Shown in pieces: positions 1-9,992 of a stretch of DNA of 64,000 nucleotides; positions within the stretch are counted from its first letter, which is position 1; every line of letters starts with the position of its first letter. This stretch comes from an uncultured Desulfatitalea sp. (GTDB lineage Bacteria; Desulfobacterota; Desulfobacteria; Desulfobacterales; Desulfosarcinaceae): contig CAXXMB010000002.1 of the NCBI GenBank assembly GCA_963668675.2, positions 2,368,001 to 2,432,000 on the forward strand, written 5' to 3'. Below the pieces are notes generated by a model that saw nothing but the letters and a program-made list of their open reading frames with translations, did not search any database and was not told where the DNA came from. The position numbers were made by a program, and so were the translations under genes.

Positions 1-2
1 TA

Positions 3-2888
3 CGTACCAAGATCAACGCCATCTCTTCCTTTCCGGTGGATGCCGAAAAGCCGGTGATCGAAGAGCTCAGCATATTGGACCCGGTGGTCTTGCTCTACCT
101 GTCGGCGGAGATGTCAGAACGGCGCATCAAGGAGTGGGCCGAGCAGTTCAAGGATGAGATCCAGCAACTGCCCGAGATATCGCGGGTCACCGTCTTCGGA
201 ACGCGCGACTACGAAATCGGCATCGAGGTGTCCGAGGAGCATCTTCGTCGCTACGGGCTCAGTTTCGACCAAGTGGCGGCCGCTGTGCGGCGCAGCAACC
301 TGAACATGGGTGGCGGCACTATCCGTACCATGGGTGAGGAGATCCGGCTGCGCACCATGGGGCGCAGGTACACGGATACGGAGTTGGCCGGTATTGTGGT
401 AATGGCCCGTCCCGACGGCCAGATCATTACCCTGGACCGCGTGGCCGACATCAAGGACGACTTCAGTGAAGATCCTATCGCCAGCCGGATCAACGGCGAA
501 CCGGCCGTGATCCTGAACGTGTTCAAGACATCGGAGGAGGACGCGCTGGCCATCTCCAAGGCGGTCCACGCCTATATCGAAGAGCGGCAGACCCAGCTGC
601 CGGAGGGGGTCAGCCTCGAAGTGCTCTACGACACCACCGAGATGCTGAGGGCGCGCATCAACCTGATGGTCAAAAACGGAATGATCGGCATGTTCATCGT
701 TTTCTCCCTGCTATACATCTTCCTCAATGCACGCCTTTCGTTCTGGGGCGGGATGGGCATCCCCATCTCCATCGCCGGGGCCATGGTGATTTTGTGGAGC
801 CTGGGTGCGACCATCAATATGATCTCCCTCTTCGGCTTTATCATGGTGCTGGGGGTGGTGGTGGACGACGCCATCGTGGTGGGCGAGGCGATCTATGTGC
901 ATCGTAAACAGGGCCAGCCTGCGCTGATAGCGGCCGTGGAGGGTGTCAGCGAGGTGGGCATGCCGGTGGTGGCGGCCGTCCTGACGACCATCGTCGCCTT
1001 CGTGCCCCTGCTCTATGTGGGTGGCATCATGGGCAAATTCATTGCGATCATGCCGGTGGTGGTGATCGCATGCCTGGCCGTATCGCTGGTGGAGTGCCTG
1101 CTGCTGCTGCCGGCCCACTTGAGCCACCTGCCCGACCCGAACAGGGCCAACGGGCAGCTCAACCCGGTGACACGGCGCTTGGAGCGCATCCATCGGGCCA
1201 CCTCCAGCGGAATGGAGTGGTTCGTCGAACGGATCTATACGCCTTTTTTGAGAAAGGCGCTGAACTGGAGATACATCTCCCTCTCAACGGCCATCGCCAT
1301 CCTCTTCATCAGTCTCGGCCTGGTGGTCAGCGGTATCCTGAAATTCGAGATGTTGCCCGACATAGACGGCTTTATCATGACCGCCACCGTGGAGTACCCC
1401 AGTGGCACCCCGGCAGATGTGACCGCCGATACACTGGATCGCATCGAAGCGGCCATGATGCGCCTCGAGGAGAAGACCCCGACCCTGAGCGGCGAGCCGC
1501 TGATCGAGGATCGCCTCACCCTGGTGGGCCAGACCCTGGAGGATATACCGCGCGTCGGGCCGCATCTGGGGTCGGTTCAGGCCATCCTGCTAGATTCGGA
1601 GCTGCGCGGCGTACATGCCAAAAAGTTAATGTCGATGTGGGAGGAGGAGATCGGGTTGATTCCCGGCATCAAGTCCCTCACATTCACCGGTCTGAACGCC
1701 GGCCCGCCTGGAGATCCCATCGAGGTGTGGATCCAGGGCCACAAGATGGCGGACATCATGGCTGCTTCCGACGACCTGATGGCACGTCTTCATAAATTTG
1801 ACGGCGTCTATCAGATCCGGACGGACTTCTCCCCGGGCAAGAACGAGATTCGACTGGCGCTCAAGCCTGAAGCCCACACCCTCGGCTTGACGGTCGACGA
1901 TCTGGCCCGACAGATCCATGCCGGTTATTTCGGCCGTGAGGCCTTGAGGCTGCAGCGGGGGCGCGACGATGTGCGCGTCAAGGTGCGTTATACGGCCGAT
2001 GAACGCAGCCGGTTGTCGGATCTGAACCATGTGCGTATTCGCACCGCCAACGGCCTCGAAGTGCCGCTTACCTCCGTGGCCGAATTGACCTATGCACCCG
2101 GCTATGCGACCATCAATCGGGCCGACGGCATGCGCAGGGTGATGGTGAGCGCAGGCGTGGACAACACCAAGGCCAACGCCAACGAGATTTTCGGTGAGCT
2201 CAACCACTCCTTCTTTCCACAGCTGATGCGCAAGTATCCCGGATTGCGGGTGTCGATGCAGGGCGAGCAGAAGAAGATGCGAGAAGCGTTCACCCCCTTG
2301 AGTATCGGCTATCCCATGGCGATGTTGGGCATCTTCATCATCATCGCCACCATCTTTCGATCCTACCTGCAGCCGTTCGTGATCATGTTTACCGTGCCGT
2401 TCGGCATTATCGGCGCTATTTTGGGCCATCTGCTGATGGGGTACGATTTTTCCATGATGAGCGCCTTTGGTATGGTGGCCCTCACCGGAGTGGTGGTTAA
2501 CGACGCCATTGTGATGATCGAACGCATCAACGAAAATCTGGCCGAAGGCATGCCTTTTTTCGAAGCCCTGGTGTCCGGCGGGGCCAGGCGCTTTCGGGCT
2601 GTCTTTCTCACCACGGTCAGCACCGTGGGCGGCTTGGCACCGTTGATCATGGAGACCGATTTTCAGGCCAAGTTCCTGATTCCCATGGCACTCTCCCTGG
2701 CGGCCGGCGTCGCCTTTGCCACCGTGTTGACGCTGGTAATGATTCCGAGCCTGCTGGCCATTCTAAATGACTTTCGCCGCGTGGTCCGTCGCCTGACGAC
2801 CAAGCGGTGGCCGACCCGTGAAGAGGTTGAACCGTCTGCCGGTCGCAGAAGCGTCGAGAAGATGTTTTACGAAACACCCATCAATTAA
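3..2888 (+). CDS. RND efflux transporter permease (AcrB/AcrD/AcrF family), 5'-truncated by window edge
   Basis: Frame open from position 3; GVVVDDAIVVGE and GVVVNDAIVMIE motifs, RFRAVFLTT, two hydrophobic TM blocks; next to TolC gene. Confidence 0.93.
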   Translation, partial: RTKINAISSFPVDAEKPVIEELSILDPVVLLYLSAEMSERRIKEWAEQFKDEIQQLPEISRVTVFGTRDYEIGIEVSEEHLRRYGLSFDQVAAAVRRSNLNMGGGTIRTMGEEIRLRTMGRRYTDTELAGIVVMARPDGQIITLDRVADIKDDFSEDPIASRINGEPAVILNVFKTSEEDALAISKAVHAYIEERQTQLPEGVSLEVLYDTTEMLRARINLMVKNGMIGMFIVFSLLYIFLNARLSFWGGMGIPISIAGAMVILWSLGATINMISLFGFIMVLGVVVDDAIVVGEAIYVHRKQGQPALIAAVEGVSEVGMPVVAAVLTTIVAFVPLLYVGGIMGKFIAIMPVVVIACLAVSLVECLLLLPAHLSHLPDPNRANGQLNPVTRRLERIHRATSSGMEWFVERIYTPFLRKALNWRYISLSTAIAILFISLGLVVSGILKFEMLPDIDGFIMTATVEYPSGTPADVTADTLDRIEAAMMRLEEKTPTLSGEPLIEDRLTLVGQTLEDIPRVGPHLGSVQAILLDSELRGVHAKKLMSMWEEEIGLIPGIKSLTFTGLNAGPPGDPIEVWIQGHKMADIMAASDDLMARLHKFDGVYQIRTDFSPGKNEIRLALKPEAHTLGLTVDDLARQIHAGYFGREALRLQRGRDDVRVKVRYTADERSRLSDLNHVRIRTANGLEVPLTSVAELTYAPGYATINRADGMRRVMVSAGVDNTKANANEIFGELNHSFFPQLMRKYPGLRVSMQGEQKKMREAFTPLSIGYPMAMLGIFIIIATIFRSYLQPFVIMFTVPFGIIGAILGHLLMGYDFSMMSAFGMVALTGVVVNDAIVMIERINENLAEGMPFFEALVSGGARRFRAVFLTTVSTVGGLAPLIMETDFQAKFLIPMALSLAAGVAFATVLTLVMIPSLLAILNDFRRVVRRLTTKRWPTREEVEPSAGRRSVEKMFYETPIN

Positions 2889-2911
2889 CAAAAGGTTCAG
2901 GAGTACGGATT

Positions 2912-4354
2912 ATGAAGGCAATTTTGTACAGAATGGCGTTGGCCATGTTGTGTGCGGTGATGCTTTTTACGATGACGCCCTCTTCCGCCAATGCGGCCGG
3001 GAGTGACACAACTGGCCCTGCCGAAGCGTTGAAGGGCGTCAATATCCTTGATCTACAAACCGCTGCCCGGATCGCCCTGGCCGGCAACCCCTCCCTGGCG
3101 GCGGCCCAGGCCCGGGTGCTACAGGCCAGGCAGGCGGTCAGGCAGGCCCAGGCGCCATACTATCCCCAGATCGATGCCAGGGCCGGCTATTCACGGATGG
3201 ATCTTTCTGATACCGAAATGGATACGCAACGGCAGAGTTACGACCTTATTCGAAATTTGTATCCACCAGGTACGGTTCCGTCATTCGATTCTGTCTACAC
3301 CAATCCGGAAGATTATTACTCGGCAAGCCTCACCGCCACCTGGCTTGTCTTCGACGGCCTGGCCCGGGAGTTCACCCTGGCCGCGGCGCGTTACGGAGAG
3401 AAGGCCAGCATGGCCGCGAAGGACGATGCCCAGCGCCTGCTCCTGTCGGCAGTGACGATCGCCTATCTGCAATCCCAACTGGCCCTCGAGAATGTGGCCA
3501 TTGCCAAGGAGGACGAGGCGTTTAACCAGCGGCAGCTGGTCGAGGCGCGTCTGCGCTACGAGGTGGGCACCGGGGCGTTGAGCGATGTGCTCAACTTCCA
3601 GGTGCGGGTCAACAGCGCCAAGAGCGCCCGCATCCAAGAGGAGAGAGGCTACCGTGCAGGCTTGGCCAGCCTGGCGGCTCTGCTGGGGCTGCCCGAGGGG
3701 CGCCTGCCCGGCCACGTGAATCTTGCCCAGCTGTCGCCGACCACTTCCCGGGAGTTGGCAGAGCCCAACGGATCCGATCAGGTGGCGCTTGCCCTGAGCC
3801 TGAGGCCCGATCTGAAGCGGTTTGACTGGGGCGTCAAGCAGGCCGACGCCGGTGTGAAAACTGCCCGGGCGGGCTACTACCCCACCATCGCCCTCTCCGC
3901 TGCGTACGAAGGCGAGCGATCGGAAGATATCGATTTTGAAAGCGATGATTTCGGCAATTCGGTTGGTGTGGGGCTCACCTGGAACCTTTTTGCCGGCGGT
4001 TTGACGCGGGCGCGCACGAGTGAGGCCAAGGCGCGGCTCTACGAAACGGAGAAACTGCGCGACGACAGCCGGGTGCAGGTGGCTTCGGATATTCAAAAAA
4101 TCGTCACCGAAATCGAGGCCGCCCAGGGCGTGCTCCGTCTGCAGGAGACCAACACCGCCCTGGTCCAGCAGCAGCGTGACCTGGTGGAGAAAGAGTACAA
4201 GGCGGGCGTGGGGTCGCTGGTGAGATTGAACCAGGCCCAGCGCGATCTCAACGTCTCATATTCCCAGTTGGCCCTGGCCCGTGTGGCCCTCCGGGTCTCC
4301 TGGTACAATTTGCAGACCGCAACCGGAGAGATTTTGGAGACGTTTAAGCAGTAG
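2912..4354 (+). CDS. TolC-family outer membrane efflux protein
   Basis: Signal peptide, two OEP repeats (APYYPQI / AGYYPTI), YEVG and YKAG motifs; AGGAG SD; follows RND gene. Confidence 0.9.
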   Translation: MKAILYRMALAMLCAVMLFTMTPSSANAAGSDTTGPAEALKGVNILDLQTAARIALAGNPSLAAAQARVLQARQAVRQAQAPYYPQIDARAGYSRMDLSDTEMDTQRQSYDLIRNLYPPGTVPSFDSVYTNPEDYYSASLTATWLVFDGLAREFTLAAARYGEKASMAAKDDAQRLLLSAVTIAYLQSQLALENVAIAKEDEAFNQRQLVEARLRYEVGTGALSDVLNFQVRVNSAKSARIQEERGYRAGLASLAALLGLPEGRLPGHVNLAQLSPTTSRELAEPNGSDQVALALSLRPDLKRFDWGVKQADAGVKTARAGYYPTIALSAAYEGERSEDIDFESDDFGNSVGVGLTWNLFAGGLTRARTSEAKARLYETEKLRDDSRVQVASDIQKIVTEIEAAQGVLRLQETNTALVQQQRDLVEKEYKAGVGSLVRLNQAQRDLNVSYSQLALARVALRVSWYNLQTATGEILETFKQ

Positions 4355-4521
4355 TCGATGCCATCAGGCTCTCTTTTAACTGTCCGGGCGCTCTCGCACC
4401 GGGCTGCACCGTCACCCTGTGAAAGCGCAGCAACGGATACAGCAATCGGCCAGGCCTCGGTTGAAACGGCTGCAACAGGGTGCTGATTGCCGCGGCGAAG
4501 CGCTAGGCCGCGTCTATTTCG

Positions 4522-4818
4522 TTACTCGCTGAATCCGTAGTGGTAGATTTCGTACTTGGTCTGGCCGCCCAGAAGGGCGTCTATTTTCTCCTGGATCTGC
4601 TGTCGCTCGGGGCTTTTAAGCCATTTGATCCAGGCCTCTGAAGACTGCCAACTGCTGATGACGAGAAACTCTTCACTGTTGTTCAGGTTTCTCAGCGTCT
4701 CCCCGGAAATGTAGCCGTCCTGATTCATGGCCAGGGCGCGCATCTGCCTGAACAGAGGTATCATCTCTCGAGCTTTGTTTTCCGGAACGACTCTTTTGAT
4801 CAGGGCTTTTACTGCCAT
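4522..4818 (-). CDS. Antibiotic biosynthesis monooxygenase (ABM) family protein
   Basis: 98 aa, QDGYISGETL...VISSWQSSEAW pattern; GAGGAGG SD. Confidence 0.8.
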   Translation of the reverse strand: MAVKALIKRVVPENKAREMIPLFRQMRALAMNQDGYISGETLRNLNNSEEFLVISSWQSSEAWIKWLKSPERQQIQEKIDALLGGQTKYEIYHYGFSE

Positions 4819-5238
4819 AAGAACCTCCTCGGGCTTGGGGTTGACGGAGCCGGCCTTGGCAGGTATTGCATCACTTAGAGGTCAATAGCGTTCGGTGCGC
4901 CGAAAGGCACTGCGGTCGCTGGCAGGTCAGATGGGTATCGGCCGATATTGTCCGGTGCCACTTTTGATTACGTATTCACTATAAGTGCAGCTTCCCAATG
5001 AAGTCAAAGGCAAAGTTCAGACCCTGTGCGCTCTCTGTCTTCCCCATGGACTCAATGTGCCATGAGACCCTTTTTGGAACAGATTCATAACTTTGCTTGA
5101 TAAGCATCTTCGGAGCCATTAAACTATAAGGGTTGCCGTACGCGCACGCGTTGCGACACTTCGATGATGCTTAAGGGTAAATTGAGGCGCTTTTCTATGT
5201 GGTTATAGATTTGAGGGACGATGGAGAAGGAGAGAAAG

Positions 5239-5745
5239 ATGCAGATTCTTGTGCTTTACTATTCCAAGGGTGGAAACACGCGCCGTTTGGCCGAAGCCGT
5301 CGCCGAAGGCGCCGGTCAGGTGGAGGGGGCCCAGGTTCTGCTTCGCCGCACCGACGAAGTGAGCCGGGACGATTTCGTACAGAGCATGGCCGTCATTGCC
5401 GGATCGCCCGTCTATTTCGGAAGCATGGCAGCACCGCTGAAGAAGGTGCTGGACGACTACGTTGGGGTTCGTAGGGGGATGGAGAATAAGATTGGAGCCG
5501 CCTTTGCTACATCGGGAGATCCCACTGGCGGCAAGGAGACCACCTTGATGTCGATTCTCCAGGCACTCTTGATTTACGGCATGATCATCGTCGGAGACCC
5601 GCTTTCGGCCACCGGCCATTACGGCGTTGCCTGTGTCGGGGCGCCCGATACCGGAACCGTTGAGAATGCACGCAAGATGGGTCGCCGGGTGGCCGAGTTG
5701 GCCAAGGTGATCAACGACAACCATCTGGTGGTCGACGCAAAGTAA
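5239..5745 (+). CDS. Flavodoxin / WrbA-like NAD(P)H-dependent oxidoreductase
   Basis: YYSKGGNT FMN-phosphate loop, GSPVYFGSM, GGKETTL; start placed at MQILV. Confidence 0.88.
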   Translation: MQILVLYYSKGGNTRRLAEAVAEGAGQVEGAQVLLRRTDEVSRDDFVQSMAVIAGSPVYFGSMAAPLKKVLDDYVGVRRGMENKIGAAFATSGDPTGGKETTLMSILQALLIYGMIIVGDPLSATGHYGVACVGAPDTGTVENARKMGRRVAELAKVINDNHLVVDAK

Positions 5746-5778
5746 CCGTCCTGGCCTCCCTGAGGAAAGGAGCGTCGT

Positions 5779-7182
5779 TTGCCATCATCCAATCCGTCTC
5801 GATCAACCCGATTCGATGTCATCATTGTCGGCGCAGGGCCGGCAGGCCTCTTTGCGGCCTATTGGCTTAGCGAACATTCCGGTGTGAAAGTCCTGCTGGT
5901 TGACAAGGGCAAGCCGTCCCATCGAAGGGCGTGCCCGATGACGTCGGGGGGGCAGTGCCGCCGCTGCAAACCGTGCAACATCCTATGCGGTATTGGCGGG
6001 GCGGGCCTCTTTTCAGACGGCAAGCTCAACTACATTGAACGGCTCGGCAAGACCGACCTGACCCAATTCATGCCACAGGAGGCGGCCCAGGCGCTGATCG
6101 CAGAGACCGAATCGATCTTTAACCGCTTCGGCATGGACGGGCCGGTCTATCCGACGGATATGGATGCTGCCCAACAGCTGCGCAAGGTGGCCAAGCGCTT
6201 CGGCATCGAACTGTTGATCATCAAGCAGAAGCATCTGGGCAGCGACCGTCTGCCGGACCATATTTCCGGCATGGTCGACCATCTGCGATCCAGAGGAGTG
6301 GTGATCCACAGCTCCGAAGAGGTACGCGATATTTTGGTTGAAAACGGGCGGGTGAGTGGCATCGAGACCCAGCGCAAGTCCTACCGGGCCCCCCATGTCA
6401 TACTGGCCCCCGGCCGCGCCGGCGCCGAATGGATGGGACGTGTGGCCTCCCGATTCGATCTGGGTTTGCAGCAACGCGGCATCGAGGTGGGTGTGCGCGT
6501 GGAGGTCGCCAACGACATTTTGCAGGACCTTTGCAAGATCATCTACGATCCGACCTTTTTCATTCAAACATCCAAGTATGACGATCAGACCCGCACCTTT
6601 TGCACCAATCAGGGGGGGTATGTGGCCCTGGAGAACTACAGCCGCTTTGTCTGTGTCAATGGCCATGCCTACCAAGCCCGCAAGTCCCAGAACACCAATT
6701 TCGCCTTTCTGTCCAAAGTGGTGCTCACCGAGCCGGTGACCGACAATCAGGCATACGGCGAGTCGATCGGCCAGTTGGCCACCCTCATCGGCGGCGGCAA
6801 GCCGATCCTGCAGCGTTTCGGGGATCTGAAACGGGGCCGCCGCAGCACATGGCATCGCATCGACAAGGGTTACATCCGCCCCACCCTGACCAATGTGGTG
6901 TGCGGCGATATCGCCATGGCACTGCCCGAGCGCATACTCACCAATCTGATTGAAGGGTTGGAGCAGCTCAACCGTGTGGTTGTTGGTGTTTCCAACGATG
7001 AAACCCTCCTCTATGCACCTGAAATAAAGTTTTTTGCTACCCAGGTGGAGACCGATCACAATCTGGAGACCAGGGTAGGAGGGCTTTACGTGGCAGGGGA
7101 TGGACCCGGAGTGGCCGGCAACATCGTTTCAGCCAGTGCCACCGGCCTGATTCCGGCCAAGGCAATTCTGAATGGACCCTGA
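5779..7182 (+). CDS. NAD(P)/FAD-dependent oxidoreductase (uncharacterised FAD dehydrogenase family)
   Basis: GAGPAG Rossmann motif, CxxCxxC, GIGGAGLFSDGKL, C-terminal GLYVAGDGPG. Confidence 0.85.
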   Translation: MPSSNPSRSTRFDVIIVGAGPAGLFAAYWLSEHSGVKVLLVDKGKPSHRRACPMTSGGQCRRCKPCNILCGIGGAGLFSDGKLNYIERLGKTDLTQFMPQEAAQALIAETESIFNRFGMDGPVYPTDMDAAQQLRKVAKRFGIELLIIKQKHLGSDRLPDHISGMVDHLRSRGVVIHSSEEVRDILVENGRVSGIETQRKSYRAPHVILAPGRAGAEWMGRVASRFDLGLQQRGIEVGVRVEVANDILQDLCKIIYDPTFFIQTSKYDDQTRTFCTNQGGYVALENYSRFVCVNGHAYQARKSQNTNFAFLSKVVLTEPVTDNQAYGESIGQLATLIGGGKPILQRFGDLKRGRRSTWHRIDKGYIRPTLTNVVCGDIAMALPERILTNLIEGLEQLNRVVVGVSNDETLLYAPEIKFFATQVETDHNLETRVGGLYVAGDGPGVAGNIVSASATGLIPAKAILNGP

Positions 7183-7200
7183 TTGGGAGCGGTATCGTCC

Positions 7201-9774
7201 CTAGTAAACGTTGGGGGCGGCTCCCAAAATGGAAGCAAATGCTGATGCCAGCTCATCTAATGTAAAGGGCTTCTTTAGGAAGGAGTGGGGTCCGTTCAGA
7301 ACGATCCTCTTTGAACGTTCATCGAGTTCGGATCCGCTGGCGATGATCACCCTGAGGTCCGGATCGATGGCGTGCAACGCTTTGAACACCTCGTGGCCAT
7401 CCATTTCGGGCATGATCATATCCAGAATGACCAGATCGATGGCTCCGGATTGCGCTTCGTATATCCGTACGGCATCCAGACCGTTATCGGCGAGGGTCGC
7501 TTTGAATCCGAGGCTCTGGACCAATTCTCCAATATATTCGAGTATGGGCGCCTCGTCATCCACCACCAGAACGCGTTTCCCTTCGGCTTCGATGAGTGTC
7601 GGGGTTTTTTCCCGAACCGGTTCAGGCATCGCGCCGTTGGCGGCCGGCAATAGCAGACGAAAGGTGGCACCTTTTCCGATACGCGACGAGACCCGGATGT
7701 GGCCGTGGTGATTTTTCACCACCCCGTAGACTGAGGCTAGACCTAACCCTGTGCCGCGACCGATCTCTTTGGTTGTAAAGAAGGGTTCAAAAATGCGTTT
7801 GATGGTACCCTCATCCATTCCCGTACCCGTATCGGCCACTTCGATCTCGATGTAGGGACCCGGGTCCACGTCGCTCCAGTGCTCCGCCAACTCTTCCTCG
7901 AGGAACCTGTGGGTGGATACTGTCAGCTCGCCACTGTTGGGCATGGCATCCACGGCATTGACGAAAAGATTGAGCAGCACCACCTCCATCTGGCCTTGGT
8001 CGGCGTTCAATATGGCTGGGCTGGCATTGAGCTGGCGATGAATGCGGATGTTCTTGTTGGTACGTTCGACAACGTTTAACGAATCGTCGATCAACTGGTG
8101 CAAATCGAGGGGCCCAAAAATAGAATGGCTTCTCCGGGCATATCCCAGCAGCTGGCGGGTCAATGAGGAGCCGGACTGGATCTGGTCTTCGATGCGCTGG
8201 AGCTTCTCCCGGTAGGCGTAGTCGTTTCCCGGGTCCAGACGCAGCAGGGAGACGTTGGCCTGCATCCCCATCAGTAAGTTATTGAAATCGTGTGCGATGC
8301 CACCCGCCAGCGTGCCGATTGCCTCCATCTTCTGGGATTGCAGCAGCTGCTCCTGCAGCTGGTTCTCCTCGGTAATGTCTTTTGCCATGCCGATGATACC
8401 GGTGATGCGTCCCTCTTCGTTGGAGTTGACCGAAGCGGTGAAATCAAAAATGCGCTGGCTGCCCGTTTGACTCACCATCTCCAGATTGCATGCCGCAACA
8501 CTTTTTTTGCCGTTGATCAACTGCTGATGTATGTCGGTGCAACGGGCGTGCTGTTTCTCGACGACGAAATCAGTGAACCGGCGGCCCATCACCGCCTCTT
8601 TGGTATGGCCCAGTATACTCTCCCAGGCCGGATTGGCGTAGCTGATGGCGCCGACGTCGTCCAGGGTGACCACAATCATCGGTGCATTTTCACTGAGCGA
8701 CTTGAAACGCTCTTCGCTTTGCCGCAGGGCCTCCTGGGCCGCCATGGCCTCGGTCACATCCCTGAGGATGACCAGGTGGCCGGTCAACTTGTCGTTGTTG
8801 CGCAGCACCGAGGCTTTGACCTGCAGAAACTGGTAGGATCCGCTATTTTCGATCTCAATAATGGTGGGTAGTCCAGCATCCTTGAGGTGGCCGATCACGG
8901 GCAGTCTCGGCCACCAGGAGATGACCTGATCGGCACTGCGCCCGATCACGCTGTTCTGCTGGACCCCGGCCAACCGTGCAGCGGAGCGGTTGAGATCTAG
9001 GATACGGTGGTCCGGGTCCATCACGATAATGCCGTCGCTCATGTTCTGGATGACGATATCGCGCGCAATGGGAACGATGTCCAGCAGGCGGTAGCGCAGG
9101 ATGCCCCACATGACGGCCAGCCCGCTGATGCTGAAGGCAAACGGGGTCAGATCGAGTTTGGGAAAGGGTTGGGCACCGCTCAGAAAGAGCACATTGCATG
9201 CCCATGGGGCCGTTGCCGCAACCATCAATGAAATCACCTGACTGCGGTATATGCGCTGGGCGTCCATCAAAGATTTGGCGATGAAGATGAAGCCCAGAAA
9301 CAGCAGGATGTAGGAGTAGGCCGTATGAATCCAGAACCAGGGCCCGAATTTGCGCGAAATGAGGTAGAAACTGTCGCTCTGGAACCACTCCACCTGTCGG
9401 AACATGAGATGGTGGAGATTGTTGGTGGCCACCATGAGGACGGTCAGGGCGGGTACCACCGACAGCATCAAGAGGCGCGACGTTTTCAGTCCGCGAATGC
9501 GATTGGCATAATAGAGGCTGAAGGTGAACCACGCCACCGGGATCACGGCAATGAAGAGATACTTCAAATTGCCGCTGAAGATCTTGGTCGGATGATCGAA
9601 GGAGGCGACCTCGAACATGGTCAGGAAGGCCCACATGCCCACCGACACCATCAGAACGGCAAACGCATGGTTGCCTAAGTTGGGTCGGTTTCTGAGGACG
9701 GCAATGGCCAGGGCGGCCGATATTCCGACTGCTACCAGCAGCAGAAGCGTATAGGGTTGATCAAAGAAGGGCAT
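7201..9774 (-). CDS. Hybrid sensor histidine kinase (7TM N-terminus, 2 PAS, HisKA, HATPase, REC)
   Basis: AHDFNNLL H-box, NAVDAM, DTGTGM, FEPFFTTK, GTGLGL; C-terminal receiver VVDDE...LDMIMP...KKP. Confidence 0.93.
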   Translation of the reverse strand: MPFFDQPYTLLLLVAVGISAALAIAVLRNRPNLGNHAFAVLMVSVGMWAFLTMFEVASFDHPTKIFSGNLKYLFIAVIPVAWFTFSLYYANRIRGLKTSRLLMLSVVPALTVLMVATNNLHHLMFRQVEWFQSDSFYLISRKFGPWFWIHTAYSYILLFLGFIFIAKSLMDAQRIYRSQVISLMVAATAPWACNVLFLSGAQPFPKLDLTPFAFSISGLAVMWGILRYRLLDIVPIARDIVIQNMSDGIIVMDPDHRILDLNRSAARLAGVQQNSVIGRSADQVISWWPRLPVIGHLKDAGLPTIIEIENSGSYQFLQVKASVLRNNDKLTGHLVILRDVTEAMAAQEALRQSEERFKSLSENAPMIVVTLDDVGAISYANPAWESILGHTKEAVMGRRFTDFVVEKQHARCTDIHQQLINGKKSVAACNLEMVSQTGSQRIFDFTASVNSNEEGRITGIIGMAKDITEENQLQEQLLQSQKMEAIGTLAGGIAHDFNNLLMGMQANVSLLRLDPGNDYAYREKLQRIEDQIQSGSSLTRQLLGYARRSHSIFGPLDLHQLIDDSLNVVERTNKNIRIHRQLNASPAILNADQGQMEVVLLNLFVNAVDAMPNSGELTVSTHRFLEEELAEHWSDVDPGPYIEIEVADTGTGMDEGTIKRIFEPFFTTKEIGRGTGLGLASVYGVVKNHHGHIRVSSRIGKGATFRLLLPAANGAMPEPVREKTPTLIEAEGKRVLVVDDEAPILEYIGELVQSLGFKATLADNGLDAVRIYEAQSGAIDLVILDMIMPEMDGHEVFKALHAIDPDLRVIIASGSELDERSKRIVLNGPHSFLKKPFTLDELASAFASILGAAPNVY

Positions 9775-9923
9775 TTCGCCTTAGTTCACAATTTCAGAGC
9801 AATGATTCATCCATAAAGACCGGTAAACAATCCAAATTGTCTGTAGGAGGGCTTGGGTACCGGTTCGGCCAGTAAGGTCCCATGAACACCCATTTATAAA
9901 GTGCCGTCCACTTTGTCAAACGC

Positions 9924-9961
9924 AAAAGCCGGGGCAGTCTTTACGGCTGCTCCGGCTTTTC
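9924..9961 (-). terminator. Intrinsic terminator after htpG, possibly bidirectional
   Basis: aaaagccggggcagtc / ggctgctccggctttt hairpin flanked by A and T runs. Confidence 0.75.
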
Positions 9962-9992
9962 AATCTATTTTTATTTTTGCCGAATGATTCGG

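Noticed and set aside
4857..4870. Sigma54 promoter TGGCAGGTATTGCA
   Set aside because: GG-to-GC spacing is 8 nt rather than the required 10.
6013..7059. Long antisense or shadow ORFs (also 21419..22582, 34105..35076, 40564..41721, 55105..56451 and others)
   Set aside because: They lie opposite well-supported genes, lack motifs, and are expected from high-GC codon bias.
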